Below are positions 54,101 through 64,000 of a stretch of DNA of 64,000 nucleotides, piece after piece. Under the pieces are notes generated by a model. The model ran no database searches. It was not told the origin of the DNA and saw nothing but the letters and a program-made list of their open reading frames with translations. The first letter of the stretch is position 1, and the number at the start of each line of letters is the position of its first letter. The translations under genes were made by a program, and so were the position numbers. Origin of the DNA: Antedon mediterranea (taxonomy: Eukaryota; Animalia; Echinodermata); assembly GCF_964355755.1 (NCBI RefSeq), contig NC_092672.1, positions 36,524,437 to 36,588,436 of the forward strand. Reading direction: 5' to 3'.

Positions 54101-55188
54101 GATTTGTTTTGTTTAAATTAAATTTTTCTTCTTATGACATCTTAAATTAAAAGCATATCCTATTTTTAATACAATCTCACATTCAAATTTAAGTTTGTTT
54201 TATTTGTCTGAAACTTTCTAATGAGTTCTTCTTTGTATATTTTGCTATTTATTAACATTGTCTATAAATGATATTAGTATTACATTTTATTACCGTATTT
54301 TTATACATTTTAAGTGTTTAGGCCTATATATTATAATTAGTACAATGGACGATCTAAATAGTGATTATAGGTTAACTATTTAGAAATCCTTTCCCTGCTT
54401 TGTTTGTCTGTGTGTTTTCTTAATTAATTTATGTCGTTTTTATGTTGTTGAAATTATAAAGATGATATATAATTATATTTGGATACATTTTAAATTAAGT
54501 TCTAGTGCCCGTGAAGACATTTGGCAGCAGAATTGAAACGTGTTTGGATTTTATATAAATTACTTTTTGTTTTGTCATAAATTTTGTTAATTGATGGTAA
54601 TAATCTATAATAGTTTAGTCATACTCATCTATAAATAACCGTATAATAAATAGTTCCATATGTTTCGAGGTCCTTATTTATATTTAGAACATTTACTTTA
54701 TTTTATTATTGAAATTAAAAATATTGAAAGATAAACATTGAAATATAGAAAGAAAAGTCGATTTTAGTTATCGCCATGATTTTAAATAATCCAATGACCT
54801 TTGTATCACATTTAAGGAATCAGTTCTGTATACTAAAATTTTAACCCTGAAGTAATATTTCATTTTTTATTGAGAGAGAAACGTATCTCCACAAACTTGC
54901 CCTTTCCTTGTAGCTTTTACATATACTTGTGTATTTTAATTAATAAATCTCGAGTACAGTAATATACTTTAAATGCCGAGACATGTTGAATTGAACGTTG
55001 TTAATAGGATAAGTTAAAAGGATAACACTACTCACAGAGACACTATCACTTTCGCGTTTTTATTTCGATTGAAGACGACAGGAATGAGAATGTTATAAGC
55101 GATATATGAGGTGACTAGTTTCCCTCAAGAACAGTATGTCACTGCCATTACATTTAACATGAAACGCTGAATACAGATTTTCGTGTCT

Positions 55189-55361
55189 AAAGGCCAATTT
55201 ACACAGATGATCGGTAACGGTAATACAAATATGGAATCTATGTTATTTTCAATTACCATTTACACACAACGTGGAGCGGATGGGCGGTTTCCGCTCAAGG
55301 TAGATGCAGATTCTACGGTTTTCCGCTTACCGTTACCGCTCGTTTTTGTAAATTGGCATTT
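55189..55361. mobile_element. PIF/Harbinger-like MITE, same family as 2388-2704, opposite orientation
   Basis: TIRs are AGGCCAATTTACACAGA..GGTAACGGTAA and TTACCGTTACCGCTCG..GTAAATTGGCAT. Confidence 0.7.
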
Positions 55362-57288
55362 AGGCTATAATTTTTGTATCGAAGTTAAATACAGTGCTTG
55401 AATCGGTTTAACTTGTCCTGCTTTTGTGTGCTGAAACTTAGGATATCCTCGGAAACCGGAGTTAATCGGAAGTGCATTGGAGTTTCATCAGAGTAAGCGG
55501 GCGACACGAAGACTTTATGAACGCTCGTAAACGACTTACGGCTTAAAGAAATTGACAATCACAACCTATAAATGGGAATTGAAGATTTTTTCCGTGTGTA
55601 ACTCTGATATACAATTCGGATAACTTAAATCTGTCAAGCTCGCTTAACTCTAGTCAGTGTGAACACAGTTTAAAGTACTTTGGCATGCAGGTGGTATTGA
55701 AAATGCAAACCTCTGCGGTTTTGTGTGGTCTCATTTGGTGTATGTCGATTAGTTATAGATAATTTTACTATTTATACATTTATAAATTGTATAGTTACTA
55801 TTATAGTCATTACGGATTTAGTCTTAGTTAGTTTTGCCTTGCTACACATACGACGTACGGCACAAAAAAGTTGACCAATCACAATCTATAAATGGGAATT
55901 GAACCAAACTTTTTGTTGCGTGTACAATTCGGATCACTTAAATCTGTCAAGCTTGCTTAAGTTTAACAGTACTTTGACAGGCAGGTGCTGTTAACAATCT
56001 GAAGCTTTGTGTGGTCTCAGTCGATTATAGATAATTTAACTAATTATACATTTGAAGAGTTATATAGTTACTTTCTATTAGCCCTATATAGTCATTGCGG
56101 ATTTATCTATCGTAGGCTTGACAAGTAGAACAGCAAGTTTAATCCTTTTTTTTATCGTGGGATCTTTATATTATTCAAAAGCATTCATGTCATTTATTAG
56201 AATCACAACTATTGTAGCCAAGGGCCTGAATTTCTTGCACAAATGATTTTATGCAATATAAAACGAAAAGCACATACAGAGAAAAACACTACAAATCGTA
56301 CACTAATACAAAAGATAAAAGGAGCTATATGAATCGCGTGTACAAAATTCGCCGTTATTAAATTTTGTCACTCTTGTGGTGGAGCTAAAAAAAATCAATA
56401 ATTTATAATGATAATGGGATAGAATGAAATTTCTATTAATCCATTATAGTATGGTAAACAGTATTTTTTTTGTTTAATTTTTTTTATAGCTAGAAAAGGC
56501 AATTATGGGTTTCGACGACATAAATCGAATTCGATTATAGCGTAGCGGATATTACAGTGAAAGGAGGCGATTAATAGAATTGCATTACATGGCGCTAATT
56601 GTTAAAAGGAATTAAATCCATTGATTGCAATGTTTATCAGAATGACGCCTGATTTAGGCGGAACTTAGCGCATCGGCAGGCGATCCGCGGCTAATGCCAT
56701 TTTGATTGGTTAAATACATTCGAATGATAACAAAAAATCAACGGTAATGGTGAACGGATTTGTATACAGACCGTACGCTGTATAGTAATAATACCGATGC
56801 TAATTAATATATAATGGAATAACAATATGTCTATTTCATGGTCTACCGTACTAGTGCAGGGTTCAAAATGTGTGGCCCAAAAGGCACCTTCACCACGCCA
56901 TAGGTTGAACTTACTTTTTTAGTTATTTACATAATTCCTATGCTTTATTATATTTAAATCAGTTTGAGGATTTCTATTAGAAAAGTCTTCAGAAATGTCC
57001 CGGTTATTTACAAATAAAAAGAAAATATATTTTTATTTATTGATTTGTTTTATAATTATTTGTATTAGGTTATAATACCATATTCACGTTTTTATAATAA
57101 AAGTGGAAAAAAACATTTTATTTCAAAATATTTTAGGCCTAAATAGGCATGGAAATAAAATATAAATATTAACAGGGAAAATGCATCAATATGAGTCATC
57201 GTAAAACTGTTAAAAATCGTTTTAAACAAATGGTGTTTTTTTGTAAAATGAGTTAATTAATAGTAAAATGAAAGGAGATCTGTTTTAG

Positions 57289-57368
57289 TGCCCTGGGTCT
57301 GTGGTCTAACTGTTTGATACTTGCCCTGTAATCGGGAGGTATCGGGGTCGAATCCCGTTCAAAGACAC
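57289..57368 (+). mobile_element. tRNA-derived SINE head (degenerate)
   Basis: A-box-like TGGTCTAACTG and B-box-like GGGTCGAATCCC, with no clean cloverleaf. Similar remnants lie at 19330-19395 (minus) and near 47830-47895. Confidence 0.4.
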
Positions 57369-57654
57369 GATTGCTCATATTAATTCGTCGATGACATTAC
57401 GCGATAATGTAATTGTCTGCACTGTTTGGATAATTTGTATGGGAAGCAATACATTACCATGTTTGTGACATATTGTTCTCAATTTTGTAATTAGTCTCTA
57501 CTCCAGTACATCATGTTATCATCATGTTATAAAAGTCATTGATGCTAATAACATAGGCAATTAATACGATTATACTGAAAAATATCGATATTATTGATAA
57601 AAGATAATACACAATTTAAAAATGGATGTTTTAGGTAAATTAAAATAAGCAAAA

Positions 57655-57777
57655 CAAGGAAGGGCCAGCACTCACATTGATGTACTAGAGACGGATACTG
57701 GTATGCAGAGAGAAGAACTGGCTGTCACAATGTCAGATAGCAAGTTATGGAGGAATCTAGTCATATAAGTCCCGGAC

Positions 57778-57819
<42 letters not shown>

Positions 57820-57826
57820 CAGTAAG
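57655..57826 (+). mobile_element. Short 5'-truncated RTE-like LINE with (TAAG)n tail and 14-bp TSD
   Basis: TAAAATAAGCAAAA occurs at 57641-57654 and 57827-57840. The tail has about 10 TAAG units, and a GRP...DTG...M.D..LWR-like remnant is present. Confidence 0.75.
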
Positions 57827-60800
57827 TAAAATAAGCAAAATGAAACCTTATTCTTACCTCTTGGTGATAACGACGCATATGAGCTCGATCTTTGAAAAAA
57901 AACCACCAAATTCTAACGGTATCGTTATCTAACGACTATTTCCGATTCATAAAGTGTTACGGTACTATTCCTCCTCATATCACACCGAGATTATCTGCTC
58001 ACCTATTGGCGCTCTTAAACCAATATAAAATGTCGCTAAGATGTTCACTTCCTTTACATATCTACGTCATCGATTCTACGTTATTCAAAAAAGTAGCGTG
58101 GTGAATTTATAATCGCTATACAGTACGGTATGTAGTGTGTGTGTGGGTACGTAGGCCTATAGCAGTTTTGCCTGAAGTACCGTGGACGTAGCCGGCATAG
58201 GCCAACCAGATAGAGTAAATGAGGATATTCAACATTCTCATCAAATCAGTTAAACACCATACAATATTGTTTAGCCTGTATTGTAATTCAGCAAGTTACA
58301 ATGAAAATGATATTTGGTATAGGCCTACCATAATTATTTAAAAAATAATTTATTAATAAAACTTTAGGCCTAATGACATTGATCTCTGTTGGTTTTGGAC
58401 AAGCCAATTGGCTACAAAAAATGTGATCTCTTATGGCCTTCATCGACTAAAAAACTAATGTTATTGTTGGGAAAGGTTGTGCGAAATAATTATACTCAGA
58501 AAATAGTTCAATCGACAAACATTATTTTCAGCGGAGTGTGATAATGAAATGACGTCATCAGATCATCATTAAGTACATAACAACGAGAAACACCCATATA
58601 ACATTTATCCACCAAGTGACATTTGACAAAAACATGGTAAAGAAGTGCACTAATTGTCATGTTTACTTCACAGCAATGTCAATGGCTCCATTTAAAAATT
58701 AACCATTAGGCCTACTTAATTTGTACCGTGTGTTGTTAAGTTTCCTTACAAACATCCACAAAGTTTTTCTTCTGATTTTTACAAAAAAAACATAGCTATT
58801 ATATACACCAATAAACTATTTTAATTGATTTTCATAAAAAAATCGATACATTGGTCACGCTATAAAACTTCATTAAATCTCGAGTCATCTGTATTTTCAA
58901 TATAGGACGAAATCTGATATAGTGCGCCCTCTGTCGTCGTATGGATTTTGAAAGTATGTCTTGTTTCTGTTGTGTGAGATGAACGCGTTTTTTGTCTTTA
59001 TTCAGCTGCTTATATTACCTAATTTTCGCATCATTTGCCATCTTGTTTTATTGATTTTATGATTAAGGCGGTAGTCTTTGAAATGTTGAATGTAATAATC
59101 TACACCAATGAGAAAAAAAACTTGGTAATTTAGTTTGATGAGGTCGCACTGAAGTTATATAATGTGTACAAAGTTATGTGAAACTCGTGTATATTTGGTG
59201 CACTCGTACCATCATTTTGACGGTAAAACGTAGTACATATTTTAAAAATCTATCTATAAGTACATTAATAATGAGATTTTTCTAATGACACTGTTATCAA
59301 ACGTGGTGTGCAAAATGTTAAAACTGCAGAGCGATAGACAAGTTGCTGTAAGAACCGTGAAATCGATAAGCATTATCGATGAGCCGTTACATTTTCTTTT
59401 CATAGCCGTTAAAAAAACGTTTAATAAAGTGCCTATCCTACAGTGTAGCAATCAATAACTGTAATAATATACAGTGCTAACTACCAATAGCCTGTTAGTA
59501 AAAATTATTTTTAAAAAACTAATCGCTTAGGGTCAGACTTATCGAACGTGTCTTGCAAAAAGTCATCTTAACTTTGTTTTTAATCAATGATTTTGCTTAA
59601 GTCAATTTTACTATACCTAAGCAAATGCTTACATATTTTTGTCTTTAAACATGAGATGAAGTCTATTCATGAGATCAAAAAGAACTGGTTAAATAAATAA
59701 AGCTATTTCACTCTTCTATTAAATTTCGTTTATAGTTTAGGCGGCCTGCGTCCTGTAGGCTGATGACGCGTTGCGTTGCGTGTACGTCGTACGCGCTATA
59801 AACGTTGGGTGTGACTTCATGCGTTGTCCTCTTAAACTTGAGAAACTCTAGACGAGAGCCAATCGCCCGGTTAATGATACAGAGTATTTAACACGAGAAA
59901 TCTTTTCAATTTACTTTGAATGTGGCATTGATTTTTCAATCAGTTTTAGTTTAGCTTGCTTAAATCGTTTCCACTATTGATTTGTTTTTAGTTCTGAAGT
60001 AATAATCTCAAATTGAATATTGTTCTACTTATGTCAACTTTATTTATTAGTCAGTCATTTTCTGGTAATTTCCGTGCCCTATATTTTATTATATGCCTAC
60101 TAAGTAGTTTTCAATAGTGTGCCATCATCGAATATGAATACCCGGCATTGATTTTATCATGAATAGTTTGTACAATGTATTGTAATTTGTTTGTTTGTAA
60201 TATTTATTGCTATCCATAAAATACACAATATAATTTATAGTTTGGAATTTAACAAAAAATCATACAAAAGCTAAATAATTATACAGTTATGGAATAAGCT
60301 TGCTTCAGAAGGAGTCCTTGACAATTATTAAACATCTAAACATTTGTTAAAAACATAGAAAGATATAATTTAGTTATATACTACAATTTAAATTACTTTA
60401 TTTAATAGATAAAATAACAATTTAGTGTTTTATTTGTTTTACAAATGAATATACATTACCCTTTTTATCAGTTCGAAAACATTATTTATATTTACAAAAT
60501 AGTTTAGTGTCTATGGCAACCCAGAGGTTCTCCACGTGATTAAATAATCATGTTTCATATTTAATATTTCAATGTATTACAAACATTTTGATTAATGCAA
60601 TAAAAAGTTCCAGTCGATATTTATTCAAAATGTGTATTGGCCTCATAAAGACCAGACCTACTACAAACTACTTAAAATGTAATGACATTATACGCTTTTG
60701 TAACAAATAATATACATTGTATAAAATATAATAAAAACTGCTAAACATTGCAATAGTTATAATTATATTTATTTAAAATATGTATTATCCTCATAATGAC

Positions 60801-61164
60801 CAGACCTACTACAAACTACTTAAAATGAAAATACGCTTTTGTAACAATAATATAAAATATAATAAAAACTGCTATACAAACCAAAGATACTCTATAGCGC
60901 CACGTGGCGCTATACGATCTTTGATAAACATTGCAATAATTATTATACATATAGTTAAATAATCAGTTTTAAATCAAATTCTGTTTTTTTTTATGCTCGC
61001 GTTTATATTTAATGTTTTTTTAATACATTAATTATGTAAATGATATTTTTAATTTAATGTTCTATTTCCATGTCTTTCCTCAATATTAAAAATCCATTTC
61101 ACTTTATTTGCCAAGAACGAGCTAGTTATTATAGAGGTCGCTTTATCACCATCATCAAAATAAA

Positions 61165-62021
61165 GAGGTATGTTCAGAGCGCCATTCTGGCGACTGGAGC
61201 ATCCTCTACTTCTCTACGGAGCGCCATTTATGCCTTTATTAACTTTAGCTGCCAAGGTAGCACAGTGATATAAAAAGGAAATAAGTCACTACTTTTAATA
61301 TCGTTTCGTAAGTTAATACACTGTGCCCAAGTGGATCAAATTTGGCACCAGTGGAGCACAGTGATATAAAATAGAAATAAAGTCATTTAAGTTTCAATAT
61401 CTTTTCGTATGATACACTCTGCTCAAGTGGACCTAATTTGAAGTCACTTAAGTTTAAATGTCTTTTCGTATGTTAATACACTGTGCTCAAGTGGACACGA
61501 TTTGGCACCAGTGGAGCACAGTGATATAAACAACAAATAAGTTACTGAATATTAACATCTTTTCGTATGTTAATACACTGTTCTCTAGTGGATCCAATTT
61601 GGCGCCAGTGGTGGAGCACAAATAGTCACATACAAAAACATCGAGAAAAAGTACTTCTGAAAATACTTCAATATTTCAAACTTTCAGGTATATAGGCTAT
61701 GTTAAATATCGGTTTACTCAATAAAAATTTGTTTCAAGCCAAATCAGTGATTTTAATAACTTGCGTTTAAAAAAAAAAATAATAAAAAAAAAAATAAATA
61801 AAAATAAAATAATGAATATGAATATACCACTGTGCTCAATTGAACCCAATTTGCCACCAGGGAAGCAAAGTGTACTAACATACAAAATATATTAAAAATT
61901 CAGTGACTGGACCAGTTGCCGTAGTACTATTTCTATTTCCGAAGTAAATAAATGCATAAATGGCGCTCCGTAGAGAAGTAGAGAACGCTCCATTGTCAGA
62001 ATGAGGCTCTGAATATACCTC
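61165..62021. mobile_element. Non-autonomous TIR element, 857 bp, with GAG...CTC termini and about 80-bp TIRs
   Basis: GAGGTATGTTCAGAGC..TCTACTTCTCTACGGAGCGCCATTTATGC is mirrored at 61942-62021. AATAAA flanks both sides. The interior has degenerate tandem repeats (GTTAATACACTGTGCTCAAGTGGA..TTTGGCACCAGTGGAGCACAG). Confidence 0.75.
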
Positions 62022-62136
62022 AATAAACAAAAGTAGTATTTTGTTGTGGGCTGGTACGACGGTGTGTGTGTGTGTGTATAGTACAGGTAAGGTGCACTGC
62101 AGGTACAGGTACGTCCCCTCAAGGTCAAGGTTAAAG

Positions 62137-64000
62137 ATGGCAGAATGTCCTGAAAGAAAAAGACTAAAGGAATCAGAAACACGCACGAAAAACTGGAAAC
62201 GATGGGGTCCGTATTTGTCCGAACGTCAGTGGGGAACCGTACGAGAAGATTACTCTCCTAATGGCGAATGGTAGGTGTGAATGAGTCTTTAAAATCTGCA
62301 AGGCAGCCAGAATTGTGCTTACTCACTCAATGAGTCTGTACTTTAATGAATGGAATGGTCTGGTGGTAGGCGAAAAGATAAAAATAGCTTGAGTGACCCA
62401 TCTAATAAATTATCAAGGGGTGCATGACCAGTTGTTCCATGAATGTTCTAAATCTTGGTTTATTGAAACAGGGGAAAGGTATGTTGGGGGAGGTGGATCG
62501 ACGGGGTGCTCGTTGTTTGATGCAGAGGATAAGTGGTAGTCGCACCAACCACCATAATGAATAAAATGCAGATATTGCTAAACTTGGAAAACCTCAAACC
62601 CTTGCGTATAATAAATAATTTAAAAGTAAAAATCAGAGGGGGTGCACATGGGGGAACGTGCCCCGCCCCTCTATTGTTTGACAGCTACTTTTAATATATA
62701 TTTGGCAGACTAAATTGATATATATTTTAGGTCTCCCCTGTCCCATATTCACCCTTAAAAACCATTGAACACTATTAGATTTACCCCTATCTATATCCAT
62801 ATTTAATTATAATTTAATTTCAGTATTTTTAAAGTTTGTTGAACATTCACTCTTCCCTTATTTCACATTGTAAAAACCTCATCAAGTTTATCAATGCCAA
62901 TTGTTTAAAATAATAACAACTTTCAATTATTTCATTAAATAAGGAAATAACATTATTTATTTAATATTTATAACACCCTTCAGACGGTTTGTATGATAGT
63001 TCCTGTTGAACAAACTTTGCCCTGCCTCTATTATATTTGCAGTAATTGTGCCTATTGTTATTCTATTCTTTCCTGGTTCCATCTATCAATAATAATGCTG
63101 TATTGTTTGAGCTCAAACCACCATATATTTCTAACAATTGACTACACTTTCTTTTGCTTCAGGGAATTTGAAACTTAATTTTTCCTGTAGATAATAATTG
63201 TGGTTACATTGTGCTAATGGTATATGAACCTAATAAAACAGTCGACACAATATTTATCCTTCTAACTATATAATCAGTTCAATCTGAAGTTTTACCAATA
63301 AAACAACTATGGTATGCTGTTTAGATTGATATGAAACTAGTCTATTTTACCAGTAACCAGTCACAATAAATAATGATAAATCTGTAAAATATACAAAAAA
63401 ATTATTCCCTGACACATATTTAATCCATGTTCACATTGATTTTTTCTCTCAAACTCTCATTCCAACCATATCTCCATACAGTTAGCTGTTCATACTGTGA
63501 TTCAAATTAATTATATTACAAAATTGATGGAGAGAAATCCATTATGGGTATTGCGATGCCTGCAGGGTTGCATAAGTACTGCCGCAATTTAGTAATTTCT
63601 ATCAAACTGGGAATTGCAAATTGTAAAATACAATTTATACATAATGTATAAGGTTTTCTTTGAATAAAATGTATTATGTAAAGTACAACAAGATTATATT
63701 ACCCCTTACATCCAAGTGTCAGTTTTACTGTATGTAAATTGTATTAGAATTTATTTTTATGCAATAATATAGCATTTAATATCATCTGAAAACCTCTAGC
63801 TTTTTATATAAAAAAGATTTCATATAATTGAATTTTGTTTTTATTTCTCTCTAGTTGGGATTACTTCCCTCACGATGATGCCAGAGCTAGAGCGTACAGG
63901 TGGGGAGAAGATGGCCTTATGGGAATCACAGACCGAGAATGTCGCATGTGCTTTTGTATCGCCCTCTGGAATGGAGAAGATACCATTTTGAAAGAACGAC
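62137..64000 (+). CDS. 5' part of a YMR196W-like / GH63-related putative glucosidase (continues beyond the window)
   Basis: Exon 62137-62270 encodes [31 protein letters not shown]. The exon starting at 63855 encodes [36 protein letters not shown]. The phase-2 GT-AG join is in frame, and I recognise these motifs from this family. Confidence 0.85.

Noticed and set aside
57289-57368. Functional tRNA gene
   Set aside because: The stems do not pair cleanly; it is more consistent with a decayed tRNA-derived SINE head.
60507-60520. X-box-like GTGTCTATGGCAAC
   Set aside because: It is an isolated motif 1.6 kb from the nearest ATG with no ciliary gene nearby, so it cannot be supported from sequence alone.

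Overview
AT-rich, intron-rich animal genomic DNA. It is probably a marine invertebrate and possibly an echinoderm, but that is inference only. It holds four host genes: an 11-exon SEC14L2-like lipid-transfer gene (minus strand) head-to-head with an 8-exon CCDC42/CFAP73-like ciliary gene (plus), a 2-exon adenosine-receptor-like GPCR (minus), and the 5' start of a YMR196W/GH63-like glucosidase (plus). The main find is an apparently intact 9,124-bp DNA transposon at 5469-14592. It has short gapped terminal inverted repeats (AGACCT-N9-CGT(A/C)GTGCAAT(T/C)A), a 6-bp target-site duplication (CGTTGC) and inverted subterminal GTCTAC arrays. It carries a 12-exon gene of about 1,463 aa with a Cys-rich domain, a D-D-DxxH-E transposase-like core and a C-terminal Zn finger. 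It inserted in the last codons of the SEC14L2-like gene: removing it restores ...KEHCNGIVP*, while the present allele ends in transposon-derived ...KEHCNETSVHPSCNHCSAIG*. I cannot place this combination of features in a canonical superfamily. The rest of the window contains PIF/Harbinger-type MITEs (often nested), LINE fragments, an 80-bp satellite of about 4.5 kb and several minisatellites. No CRISPR array or rRNA gene was found. All gene models were assembled by eye from splice signals and reading-frame continuity, and family assignments are from memory, not from database searches.
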